From the human T2T-CHM13v2.0 reference genome, Homo sapiens, in the NCBI RefSeq assembly GCF_009914755.1, contig NC_060927.1: DNA of 64,000 nt. One strand, 5' to 3'. The notes beneath the pieces were generated by a model. It searched no databases. It saw only the letters and a list, made by a program, of their open reading frames with translations, and was not told the origin of the DNA. Positions 48,401 through 64,000 of this stretch are shown piece by piece (positions within the stretch are counted from its first letter, which is position 1; each line of letters opens with the position of its first letter). Position numbers and translations under genes: made by a program.

Positions 48401-50849
48401 AAATGGCTCCAGTAGACACAGGGCCATTAAAAAATAATTTTAAATCTAGAAGTTCATATCACTTTTTTTGTCTAGATGTGTAAGTATGAATTTATTACAT
48501 TGATGTTTGTGCTATGCATTACTTGAACTTTGAGGAACCTAAACAAGCTTATTTATAACATGTAGATCTAAGATCAGCTAATCTTTTTATTATCTTTTCA
48601 TTTTTCTCCCACACCAACACTAGATTGTGCTCCAGACCAAAGTCCTTAGGTATAGAACATACTATTTTCTTTTATTTCTTCTCTCCATGAACATGTGCAA
48701 ACAGTAAATAGAAGTTGACAGGGGTTTTTACTATCAGTATAAATAATGTTTACCTGGGTTTCCTTGTTACTAAAACTGGCAAGGTTAAAGAGATTGATAC
48801 TTATTTAACAATATTGATAGACCTATGTATATGTGTATATCTTTTATTACCAGCATAACTTTGAAAGCCCTTCGTGTATAATTATGATGTTGCTGTAGCA
48901 ACATGGTTACCAAAATAAGGTACATTTTTTTTCTGCTTTGTCTTTTTAAGGCATTCTTTTTCTCCCAAAGCTTTTTAATCAGCAGTTTCAGGCCCAGCCA
49001 CTTATTATTTTTTCTATTCACCTTTCCACTTTGAATTTCCCTTGCTTAAAATTAGTTACTTATTATTATAACAAATAAAATAATTTTTATTGGCATAAAC
49101 ATAGTGGGAATTATAAGAATGAATTCGAAGGGAGGCAGTGTATGATGTGGTATAGAGTACAGGCTCTGCTAATACCTAATGCTATGACTTTGCCCCTTAA
49201 TCTTTCTGTGCTTTGGTTTCATCATCTGTAAAATGGACGGAGAAAGAGCTGCTTCACAGGGATGATACACACATTACTCATTGCTTGGTAGGAATTCAGT
49301 TACCTTTCACTTCCCTCACCTTCCTTTTTCCTTTTTCTATGTTTGTTAACTAAGGTTAGTAGCATACTGTTTCTCCCTATAAACATTGTCACTTTCATAC
49401 CTAACTTGGATATCTAAATATTGACTAATTTCACAAAGGAAGTTCTTGAGTCTAGGAAATATCCTAATCTCAGCTCTCCCACAATTAATTCCAATTTAAT
49501 TGGTGTTTTAACCAAAGTCTAGCCCAGCTTTGGTTAAGTTCGCAGCCGGTGGAGTTCCACTCAGTGGAGTAGAGATTTTATGGAAAGCATAACTGTAGAA
49601 CTTAATTATTACTTTTATTTATTATATCCCCTTTCTTTGCAGAAAGGATATGCAGTGATTTAAAAGGGCATAATAAAATTATCAACATAGGAGGGAAAAG
49701 GGAGGGAGACGTTGGACAAAAAACAAGAATTTGAATATGTCGACCTCAAGGGTCAAAAGTTAAGTTTGGCTTTCCAGCAAATCCTTTTACCTGAGCTCCA
49801 GGGATTTTCATACTCATAGCCTTTTTGTAGGAGTAGGAATAAGGCAGGGGTTGGGGAGGTGGGTTTTTTGTTTGCTTATTTAAGCAAGGCTGACTTTAAC
49901 ATTGGAAGAAATCCCCAGGAAGTCTAAGCGAGATAATTCAGTAGAGTAATTAGGCTCTGGTGAGAACTTCTACTATCTATGTATCTGAAGCCAGTCCTAA
50001 TAGGCAATAGGTGGCCACCCCGTCTAATGCTGGACTCCATGCTGCTCTTCATCAAGGAGGCAGCAAAATTATTTTAAAGAATGCACCTCTGGCTTGTCTT
50101 TCAGTTAGCTTTTCTCTTGACCCTCATCCCTCCACCCATCTCCTTACTGCCTCACTTACCATAACGCCTGAACAAACAAGTCAGATCATGTTATTTTAGC
50201 TTAAGAACAGGTTAATTTTTATTTGTTGCAGGTTTGAATTAATGCACCTTCACAAAAGTGGACAATTTGAATTTTTCTCAGATTCTTTACATATTATTTA
50301 CATATTTATAACTGGGAACAGCTTTCAAATTGGAGAAAAATGAATTAACTCATTGACTAAAGTATGATCCACAACTCTTATATCCATTTTACAGATGGCT
50401 AAGCAAACACAAAGAGATTAAATAATGATGCTCACACAGCTGATCAAATTCTTTATCTTTCTCTTTTATATGATATCACTATTCAGGTTAGTTGAAGAAA
50501 CCAAACAAATACAGCTATGGTAAGTTATGGTAGAGTGAAGAGACTGTCATTGGAGGCACCTATTTTAAAAGGACAAGGCACACCAAATCTTGAGCCTTGT
50601 CTTCTTGGACTGAAGAAACCCAGTTGTACAAAAAGCCATCCAGTGTTAGCAACTCAACCAGGGTTGGTTGAGTTGACAGAACTGTTAGGGAAGCTATCCC
50701 TAGAAACATTGTGAAGAACTCAGCAAGAAATCTTCATGTGTTATTTGCCACATTTTAAACTAAAGTGAAGATGTAGTGAGATGGAAAATTATTTTAATCA
50801 ACTAAAGTGGCTCCACATTTGAAGTCACTAATTTAGACATCCCATTCTT

Positions 50850-52850
50850 TGTGTACTTCTCATTGTCCAACTTGATCAGTTTCATTGCGTCCTGAAGTCT
50901 GCTGATGCCTCTACCTTCTCTCTTTCTTTTTCTGTTGTCACTTTCTTTCTTATCCAGCTTAGATGCCATGTTTGTTATGTCAGTCATCCTTTGACAGTAT
51001 CTTCAAGTCCCATTTACATTATCCTTCCATCGTATCAGCTGGAAAAACTCCTAATGTGGATGACTCCAGTTAACCACACTCTTCATACAAGTACCCTGGC
51101 TGCCAGGAATCTGGCAGTGCCTATTATTTCCTCGTTTTATGGTATTTTCATCTTTTCTTTCTCTACAAACTCCTTCTTTTCCAACAGTATTTCCTCAGGA
51201 CTCCAAATAAACAAATGAAATCTTCACTTAAACTGAGGCATCTTCCAGATACTTTCTTAGCTCCCCCTTTTCTTGCCATTCTTACTGAATAAATTACCTG
51301 GACTTACTGCTTTCATTTTCTCACATGCATATATCCCTCAGTTCACTGTAATTTGGTTTCATTCATCAACATTTCAAAAAAAGTTCTAATTCAGATCATC
51401 ATTTATTTCCATGTTACTAAATCCAAAAAGTATGCTAGTTATTTGTCTTTCTTGACTTCTTAATAGCATTTGACACAGTATTTTACCCCTTTTATCTAAA
51501 ACACTCTTATTTCATATCATATTCTCATTTTTTATGTGGCCTTTCATGATACCTATTGCTTTTTATTGTCCTTTTTTGGCCTCTCCACTTCCTCCTGCTA
51601 TGTAAATACTGGAGACTTCCAGGGACCTGTCCACAGCTCTCTTCCATTTTTATTCTACATTCTCTCTTCAGTTTCCAGTTGCTTTTATTCAGCCCTGAAG
51701 CTTTAGTTACCCTCTCTTGAGGTAGGCTTCTGAATCACCACTTGCACTTCTAACATTTCTTGTGAGCCCCAGACTAATCTCTTCAGCTCTCTTTTTAACA
51801 TCTTCACCTGGCTGTATCACAAGCTTTAATGTGTCCCCAAGTGAACTGTTTATCCTCTTTCTACTTGTGTTCTACCTGCTACTCTTGTGTTCCTAACTTT
51901 AGCATATGTTACCCCCATCATCACTCTGCAGCATTAAGGTAGTGTTGAGGCTGGGTTTTGAATCAGATTGCCTGGATTTGAATCCTGGCTGCACCAGTTA
52001 TTAGTAGCTTGGACTTGGGCAAATTACTTAAATGCCCTTTGCCTCAGTTTTCTAGTCTGTAAAACGGGAATACTAATACTACCTTTGTCATGGAGTTACT
52101 CTGAGTATTAAATGGGGGTGTGTGAGATTTGTATCTTATATAGATTTAATAAAACATATGAATGGCTTATATAATGTAATTATGATTATCATCCATCCTG
52201 AGCATTATCTTTGATTCTTCCCATATCACCTTCCTCTTAAATATTTCTTGAATCTGTCCATATGTTTATCAATTCATTCAACCACGATGCTAGTCCATTC
52301 TTTGTTTGCACATCTACAGTCATCCCTCTATCATCTCCCTGTTGCCCATTTTCAATTCATTCTTTATTCTGCAACCTGGTGGTTGTGTCAGAATGCATAT
52401 TTGATCATTGTATCTGTCATAGGTTCATGTTTTCTTTAGAATAAGGCTCAAAATCTTCTCTATGGTCTGAGAGTCTGGGTGACCTCTCACCCTTGGTTAT
52501 CCCTCGAGCCTCACTCTCTTTCAGTCACCTTACACTTTTTTTCCTGTTTTCTAAGAGATTATCTACTTCTTTTTGCTACCTCTTTCTGCTAAGAGATTAT
52601 ATACCTCTTTTTTCAGGGTTTAGCTGAGATGCCAGATCATCAGGAAGACATTTGCTGACCTCTAATGGGGTTCCCATGAACATCCTTTGTTTTCCCTTTT
52701 ATAATGCTCCTTAAATACAATTATTTGTTTAATGTTTGCATTCCTGGCTAAGTTCCATGAAAACCAGTCTGATTCTTTGCTTTATCTATTTCTATCACCT
52801 AACAGTGTCTGGCACATAGTAATGCTCTCAAAATATTTGTTGAATTAATT
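50850..52850 (+). mobile_element. L2 LINE remnant with nested MIR (~51930-52130)
   Basis: Pyrimidine-rich L2-like body ending CACCTAACAGTGTCTGGCACATAGTA..AAATATTTGTTGAATTAAT; MIR core GCCTCAGTTTTCTAGTCTGTAAAACGGG. Confidence 0.65.
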
Positions 52851-53428
52851 CATTTATGAGCAGATATGAAAAACGTATGCTTGCTATGTTTGAGGAATTC
52901 TCCTTTGTCTGATATTTGTAGGCAGAAGAGCTTAACTTTCTCTCTAGATGCTGGAAAGGCCAGACACTTACTTTCTAAACCTACCTTGAAATTAAGGATG
53001 ACTTTCTGTGAAGGTTCTGTTCAATGAGATGTGAGTGAAAATCTGCTGGGGGGTTCTGGGAAATTTTGCACCACCTCTTTCCTTTGTTTCTTCCTTTTTC
53101 CTCTTCCTCCCCAAAATGCAGAGGACAGGCTGGAGGCAGATTGGTCTTCTTGCAATGGTGAGATTACTGTGAGGATGAGCATGACATTTTAAGAAAGACA
53201 GAAGAATTCTTAGTCGTTGATGATATCTTGGTGTCCTTGTCCCCACCCTGAAATGCCTCTCTCCAGACCTCTTACTATGTGAAAATAATTAACCACTATA
53301 TCGTTAATATACTATAGTCTGGTTTCTGTTATATGTAGCCAAATGCAATCCCTGATAGGTGCATGTAGTGCTTACATAACTTATTTGGTACCTATTGATA
53401 TGATGTTTTATGATTGTAAATCAGTGGG

Positions 53429-53516
53429 CAGATGGCTGGATGGCTGGCTGGCTGGATGGATGGGTAGGTGGATGGGTGGATGGATAGATGGGTGAGTAGG
53501 TAGATGGATGGATGGA
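53429..53516. repeat. Degenerate (GGAT)n microsatellite
   Basis: Direct reading. Confidence 0.85.
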
Positions 53517-54149
53517 CAGCAACCAGTAGATTATAAACTACTGGAAAAGAGAGACCGTATTTTATATTTTTTGTATTCCCCTTCCCCACACCCAACTCTA
53601 TGCACCCTGCATACTGTCCTTCATATAGTAAATGCCCAACAAGTGTTTCTTGATGATGATGTTGATTGAGGTTTGAAAAGGATATTTCCTTAAGAAGGGC
53701 TCTGAGTTACAGGTTTCATTTGGATTCTAAAAATGAAATCTCCTAAGAGAGAAGCCTCTGGACTTAATTTAAAGAGATACATAAACATTTGGGTCAATAT
53801 TTGCTGTATCTCTGGTAATTTAGAAAATGAAATACTTTATAAAAGTCAGAATAAAGGATGTATCTTGGCAAATGGCCTTGCCAATGATGTTCAAAACAAA
53901 AGAACCATTATTAAATGAAAGGATGTCAAGTAGTATAATTCTCTGCTGAGATAGCTTATTATAAGTAAGACGACTATAAAATTTGTAGTCCAAATTGGAA
54001 ACTTTTTGAGTAAAAGGAGGTGCTATCAGTAATTATTCTTGAACAATAAACTCAATCTGGAACTGTCCTAGGACTTATGATTAATTTTAAGAAAATAACT
54101 CATTTCTATATGTCAAAAAAGTCTACAATTTTGATATAGATTTGAGTCA

Positions 54150-54187
54150 TTAGGTTGGTGCAAAAGTAACTGAGGTTTTTGCCAATA
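54150..54187. mobile_element. Half MADE1 (Hsmar1 mariner TIR)
   Basis: TTAGGTTGGTGCAAAAGTAACTGAGGTTTTTGCCA matches the Hsmar1/MADE1 TIR. Confidence 0.8.
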
Positions 54188-55319
54188 GTATGAAACTCTC
54201 TGAGGCCATTCCCTTTTCAGTATTTTGTACATGTTTTTCCCCCTGGCCAAAATAAACTACCCATTTGATTTTTCTCTTTGTGGTTAAATTATTTTTATAC
54301 TTCAAGATTCTTCTTTTTTATATTGTTACCTCCGGTTACTCCAGTCCACAATAATCTCTTTTTGATATTGGATAGCACTTATATTTTTAAACATGCAGCA
54401 AATAGGTATATACTGTCTTATTTTGTATTTTGTGTGTGTGTTTGTGTTCTTAAGTCTCAGCTTTTAAATATGTCACTATCTTTCAGAATAGAAACTATAT
54501 CTTTATCTGCCCTTGTATTACCCACAGGATCTTGCATAATGGTAGGTGCATCGTAGGTGTTAAATAATATGCTGAGTTATTGAGATATGTGAGATAAGTC
54601 ATGAAGCCAAGATTTTTATACTATATTTCATTTTTATTTTACCACTGTACATAACATAGGAATATTTATATACCTACTGGAAGGTACTGAGCTTATGTGT
54701 TGTTGTATATTGTAAATGATTTCCATGTCAAGAAAGGAGAAATGGCAACAGTGTAGCTCTTGCTGATACCTCTGTTTTCCATTAACAATAATGCATGTAT
54801 GCCTATAGATGACTGTCTGCCATGAATTGCATCATTTATACTGGCTTTTAATATGCCTCCCGGCATTTCAGGTTCTGTTCTCAGCAGGCAACCTTACTCA
54901 CACTGAATTCTCTAATATTTCTACTCAGATAAATGCTTAGAGAACTGTGAAAGGCATTTCTTCCTTTGCATCTATGTGGTTTCACGTAGTTGGAAAGCGG
55001 TTTCTTCAAATATAATTTAAAATATGAATCATAATAATTTCCTAGAATGTATATTCCATTTTTCTATTAACGGATGTGAATTTTTCTGTATTGAGTTTTG
55101 TCACCTATATATGATTACTCCCGGGCTTTGTCACTGTCTGCCCTCAGAAGATGAGGAATGTATCTTACCTACTGCCAGAGAACAGGCACCCTGTGGAATG
55201 CCTGTGCCTGAGCTCACAAAGAGAAGCAAAGAAACAGGTAGAGGAAAAATGAAAAATTACTAATACTTTCCTTACACAAATTGGGGGTAGAGTGTGACAA
55301 GGAAGCAGGGAAGAAGGGA

Positions 55320-58300
55320 GAAGAGATGCATAGAATGTGTAATGATCAAGTCACGGTATTTGTGGTATCCATCACCTTGAGTTTTTATAATTTCTATAAA
55401 TTTATAATTTCTAAGTTGGGAATATTTCAAATTATCTCTTCTAGCTACTTTAAATATATAATACATTGTTATTAACTAGAGTCGCCTAACTCTGCTATCA
55501 AACATTGAAACTTATACCTTCTATCTAATGTATGTTTGTACCCATTTACCAGCCTCTTTTCATTCCCCCTCCCACCATACAGCATTCTCAGCCTCTGGTA
55601 TCTATCAGTTTTCTCTCTACTTCCATGAGATCGACTTTTTTTGCTACCTTCTGCATATAAGTAAGAACATGCAGCATTTAACTTTCTGTTCCTGGTTTAT
55701 TTCACTTAACATAATGACCTCCAGTTCCATCCATGTTGCTGCAAATGGCATGATTTCATTCTTTTTTATGTCTGAATAGTATTTCATTGTGTATGTATAT
55801 CACACATTTTCTTTATCCATTCTTCCATTGATGGACAGTTAGGTTGATTCCATATCTTTGCTATTATGAGTAATTCTCCAATAAACATTCAAGTACAAGT
55901 ATCCCTTTGATATACTGATTTCTTTTCCTTTGGATAAATGTCCTGTAGTGGGATTGCTAGATTGTATGGCAGTACTGTTTTTAGTGTTTTGAGAAATCTC
56001 CATACTGTTTTCTATAGTGGCTGTACTAATTTACATTCCTATCAACAATGTATAAGGGCTCCCTTTTCTCTGCATCCTCACCAGCATCTGTTATTATTTT
56101 CTCTTTTTAATAAAGTAGCTGTTCTAACTGGGGTAAGATGATATCTCGTGGTTTTGGTTGGTATTTCCCTGGTGATTAGTAGTGATGAACATTTTTTCAT
56201 ATACCTGTTATCTATTTGTATGTCTTCCTTAGAAAAATGCCTTTGCATGTCCTTTGCCCACTTTTTAATTGAATTATTTGGTTTTTTACTGCTAAGGGTT
56301 TTTTTTTCTAATTTCTTGTATATTGTGGATATTACTCCCTTGTCAGACAAATGGATTGCAGGTATTTTCTCCCATTCAGCAAATTGTCTCTTCATTCTGT
56401 TGATTGTTTCCTTTGCTGTGCAGAGGCTTGTTAGTTTAATATAGTCCCATTTGTCTATTTCTGTTTTTGTTTTCTGTGCTTTTGAGGTCTTAGCTATAAA
56501 GTCTCTGCCTAGATCAATGTCCTGAATTATTTTACCTATGTTTTCTCATGGTAGTTTTATAGTTTGGGGTCTTACACTTAAGTCTTTAGTCCATCCTGAG
56601 TTGATTTCTGTATATGGTGAGAGAGGGGTCCAATTTCATTCTCCTGGATGTGGATACCCAATTTTCCCGGTACCATTTATTGAAGAGGGTGTCCTTTTCC
56701 CAGTATGTGTTCTTGGTGCCTTTGTTGAAAATCCTCTGGCTGGAAATATGTCAGTTTATTTCTGGATTTTCTATGCTGTTCTCTTGGTCTATGTGTCTGT
56801 TTTTATGCCAATTGCATGTTGTTTTAATTACTGTAGCCTTGTAATATATTTTGAAGTCAGATGGTGTGGTGCTTCCAGCTTTGTTCTTTTTGCTCAGGAT
56901 TGCTTTGGCTTTTTGAACTCCCTTGGTTCCACGCAAATTTTAAGATTTTTTTCTATCTCTGTGAAAAATGACATTGATATTTGAAAGGGACTGCATTGAA
57001 TCTGTAGATTGCTTTGGTCATTGCTATGGTCATTTTAATGATACTAATTTTTCTTATTCATGAGCATACAATGTCTTTTCATTTCTTTTTGTCGTCTTTA
57101 TTTCATCAGTGTTTTGTTCACCTTGTAAAGGTTTTTCACCTCCTTGGTTAAATTTATTTTTAGGTATTTTTTGGAGCTATTGTAAACAGAATTGGCTTCT
57201 TGATTTCTTTTTCAGCTAATCCATTATTGGTATATAGAAACATTACTGATTTTTGTATGTTAATTTATGTCCTGCAATTTAACTATTTTTATCAGATCTA
57301 AGAGTTTTTTTCATAGAGTCTTTAGGTTTTTCTAGATATTTATATCATCAGCAAAGAGGACAATTTGACTCTTTTCCCAATTTGAATGCCTTTTATTCCT
57401 TTCTCTTGCCTGATGCTCTGGCTAGGATATACAGTACTGAGTGGAATAGGAGTAGTGAAAGTGTGTATCCTTGTCTTATTCCACTTCTTAGGGGAAAGGC
57501 TTTCAGCTCTTCCCCATTCAGAATGATGTTAGCTGTGAGTTTGTCATATATGGCCTTTATGTTGAGATATGTTCCTTCTATGCCTAGTTGGTTGAGTTTT
57601 TATCATGAAGGGACATTGAACTTTATCAAATACTTTTTCTGCATTAATTGAGATAATCATATGTTTTATGTCCTTCATTCTTTTTTTTATTATTATTATT
57701 ATACTTTAAGTTTTAGGGTACATGTGCACAATGTGCAGGTTAGTTACATATGTATACATGTGCCATGCTGGTGTGCTGCACCCACTAACACGTCATCTGG
57801 CATTAGGTATATATCCCAATGCTATCTCTCCCCCCTCCCCCCAACCCACAACAGTCCCCAGAGTGTGATGTTCCCCTTCTTGTGTCCATGTGTTCTCATT
57901 GTTCAATTCCCATCTATGAGTGAGAATATGCGGTGTTTGGTTTTTTGTTCTTGCGATAGTTTACTGAGAATGATGATTTCCAATTTCATCCATGTCCCTA
58001 CAAAGGACATGAACTCATCATTTTTTATGGCTGCATAGTATTCCATAGTGTATATGTGCCACATTTTCTTAATCCAGTCTATCATTGTTGGACATTTGGC
58101 TTTGTTCCAAGTCTTTGCTATTCTGAATAATGCCGCAATAAACATACGCGTGCATGTGTCTTTATAGCAGCATGATTTATAGTCCTTTGGGTATATACCC
58201 AGTAATGGGATGGCTGGGTCAAATGGTATTTCTAGTTCTAGATCCCTGAGGAGTCGCCACACTGACTTCCACAGTGGTTGAACTAGTTTACAGTCCCACC

Positions 58301-61030
58301 AACAGTGTAAAAGTGTTCCTATTTCTCCACATCCTCTCCAGCACCTGTTGTTTCCTGACTTTTTAATGATTGCCATTCTAACTGGTGTGAGATGGTATCT
58401 CATTGTCGTTTTGATTTGCATTTCTCTGATGGCCAGTCCTTCATTCTTTTGATGTGATATATCACATTTATTGATTTGTGTATGTTGAACCATCCTTGCA
58501 TCCCTGGGATAAATTCCATTTGATTATGATGTATTTTTTTGATGTGTGGTTGGATTTGGTTTGCTACTATTTTGTTGAGAATTTTTGCATTTATGTTCAT
58601 CAGGGATATTGGCTTATAATTTTATTTTTAGTTGTGTCCTTGTCTGGCTGTTTTTTTTATCAGGGTAATGTTGGTCTCATAGAATGAGGCAGGGAGAATT
58701 CCCTCCTCTTCAGTTTTTGAGAATATAGTTTGAGAGTATTGGTATTAGTTCTTCTTTGAAAGTTAGGAATAGTTCAGCAGTGAAACTGTCTGGTCCTGGA
58801 CTTGTCTTTGTTGGCAGACTTTTTTTTTTTTACAGATTTAGTCTCATTGCTTATTATTGGTCTGTTCAGATTTTCCATTTCTTCCTAATTCAATTTTGGG
58901 AGGTTGTATGTGTTCTGAAATTTTTTCATTCCCTCTAGGTGTTCTAGTTTGTTGGTGTTTATAGTTGTTTATATTAGTCTTTTGTGTTTCTGTGGTATCA
59001 GTTGTAACATCTTCTTTTTCATACCTGATTTTATTTATCTGAGTTTTCTCATACTCTGTTTTGGATTAGTCTAGCAAGTGGTTTGTCAATTTTGTTTATC
59101 TTGTCAAAATAAACTTTTCATTTCATTGATCCTTTTTATTTTATTTTATTTTTGTAGTCTCTATTTTGTTGAGTTCTGCTCCAATCTTTACTATTTCATT
59201 CCTTCTACTTATTTGGGATTTGGTTTGCTCTTGCTTTTCTAGTTCTTTCAGATGTATAGCTAGATTATCGATTTGAAATCTGTCTATTGTTTGATATAGG
59301 TGTTTATTGCTAAAAGCTTCCCTCTTAGCACTGCTTTTGCTAAATTCCATAGGTTTTTGGAATGTTGTATTTCAAATTTTGTTTGTTTCAAAGAAGTTTT
59401 TTATTTCCTCCTTAATTTTTTCTTTAACCCAAAGTTGTTCAGGAGCATGTTGTTTAATTTCCATGTATTTGTATAGTTTCCAAAGTTCCCCTTGTTGTTG
59501 ATTTTTAGTTTTATTACATTGTGGTTTGAGATGATACTTGATATAATTTTGATTTTTAAAAATTTATTGAGAATTATTTTGTGTCTTAACATATAGTCTA
59601 TCCTGGAGAATATTCTATGTGCTGGTGAGAAGAATGTGTATTCTATAGCTGTTAGAGGAAATGTTCTGTATATATCTGTTAGGTCCCTTTAGTTTAATGT
59701 ACAGCTTAAATATAATGGTTTTTTGTTAATTTTCTGTTTCATGCTGAAAGTAGGGTGTTGAAGTCCTCAGTAATTAACATATTGGAGTCTGTCTCACCTT
59801 TTCAATCTAAAATTTGCTTTATATACCTGGGTGCTCTGGTGTTGGTTTAGAATTGTTATATGCTGTTGATGAATTGATCCCTTTATCATTATATAATGAC
59901 CTTTTTTGTGTCTTTTTACTGTTTTTGACTTAAAGTCTGTTTTATCTGATATAAGTATAGCTACTCCTGTTCACTTTTGGTTTCCCTTTGCATGGAATAT
60001 CTTTTTGCATCTCTTTCTTTTCATTCTATATGTCTTTACAGGTGAGATGATTTTCTGGTAAGCAGCATATAATTGTGTCATGTTATTTTAATCCATTCAG
60101 CCAGTCCATATTTTTTAAAGGGAACATTTACTCTGTTTATATTCAAAGTTATTATTGATATGCAAAGGCATATTCTTGTCATTGATTTCTGGTTGGTTTG
60201 TATATCCTTTGTTCCCCTCTTTCTCCCTTCTTGTTTATCACTGCGGTTTGGTGATATTCTGTAATAATCTTTGAGTTTGTATCTCTTCTTCATTTGTGTG
60301 TTTGCTCTACCAGTGGTTTTTATATTTTGTGTGTGTTTTCATGGTGGTATTTATTGTCCTTTTAATTCTGGGTGTAGGACTTCCTTAAGCATTTCTTGTA
60401 GAACCAATCTAGTGGTGATGAATTCCCTCAGCTTTTGCATGTCTGGAAAAGACTTTATTTCTCCTACATTTATGAAAGATAACATTACTAGATGCAGTAT
60501 CCTTACTATATTAGTTAGGAGATTTTTTCTTTCAGTACTTTTAGAATATCATCCCATTCTTTCCTGGCCCATAAAGTTTCTGCTGAGAAATCTGCTATTA
60601 GTTTGATGGGGATTCCTTTAAGTGATTAGACACTTTTCTGTTGCTATTTTTAGAATATTCTCTTAGTCTTTGACTTTGACAGTTTAACTATAATGTGCTA
60701 TGGTGAAGACCTTTTTGAATTTATCTATTTGGAGATCTTTGAGCCTCCTGTTTCTGGAAGTCTAAATCTCTTGCTAGACTTGGGAAGTGTTCATCTGTTA
60801 TTTTGTTAAATAGGTTTTCTAATCCATTCATTTTCTGTTGCCTTCTCGTCTACTTGATCTACTCTATTATTTAAGCTTTCAAATATATTTTGCATTTCAT
60901 TCAATGAATTCTTCAGTTCCAGAATTTCTGTTTTGTTCTTTTTTACAATATCTTTCTCTTTGGTAAAATTGTAATTTGTATCTCAAATTGTTTTTCTGAT
61001 TTCTTGGTATTGTCTTTCAGTATTCTCTTT
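55320..61030 (-). mobile_element. L1MA-like LINE (3'UTR, ORF2, part of ORF1), decayed
   Basis: Several minus-strand ORF2-like peptides ([13 protein letters not shown]; [13 protein letters not shown]; [17 protein letters not shown]). Confidence 0.88.
57684..58435 (-). mobile_element. Young 5'-truncated L1PA nested in the older L1
   Basis: Intact ORF2 C-terminus ([19 protein letters not shown]...[10 protein letters not shown]); TSD GTCCTTCATTCTTT at 57670-57683 and 58436-58449. Confidence 0.92.
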
Positions 61031-61255
61031 TTTTAAAAAAAGGATATCTATTTTCATTAGAATTATATTATTGCTAAATGATTGTACATTTGTTTCATAT
61101 GCTTATCAGTCATTTGCAGTTTGCTTTTTCATATACTACCTCTGACCATTTTTATTTGGGGGAGGCTTTTTAATAAACTAGTAGTTCTCCTTATAAAATA
61201 AAGCTATAATTTTTAACATGTGTTGCAGACATTTTCCCTTGGCTTGTTATATGTG

Positions 61256-64000
<2,745 letters not shown>

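Overview
Primate (very probably human) genomic DNA, not microbial. The window holds the 5' end of LEKR1 on the + strand: a CpG-island promoter at about 12.9-13.4 kb, a first coding exon at 16015-16106 (MDHHIPMHALPEEIQK) and a second coding exon at 39502-39716 ([15 protein letters not shown]...). A second CpG island at about 2.7-4.0 kb is probably the promoter of a divergent minus-strand lncRNA (LINC00886, by recall of the locus). The rest is transposon-rich intergenic and intronic DNA: Alus, a solo LTR12C, Tigger2, THE1, MER1B, MER3, L1, L2, L3 and MIR. The most notable structure is an ~8 kb LTR8/MER4-type endogenous retrovirus at 17720-25714 with mRNA architecture (R-U5-PBS-internal-PPT-U3-R-polyA) instead of two complete LTRs. 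It sits at an L1-endonuclease-type site inside a near-full-length Tigger2, so it looks like a retroviral RNA copied in by L1 machinery. Other points of interest are a twin-primed L1, a candidate short intronically polyadenylated LEKR1 isoform, and an LTR12C promoter pointing at the lncRNA promoter. Repeat subfamily names come from recalled consensus sequences, not from a database run.
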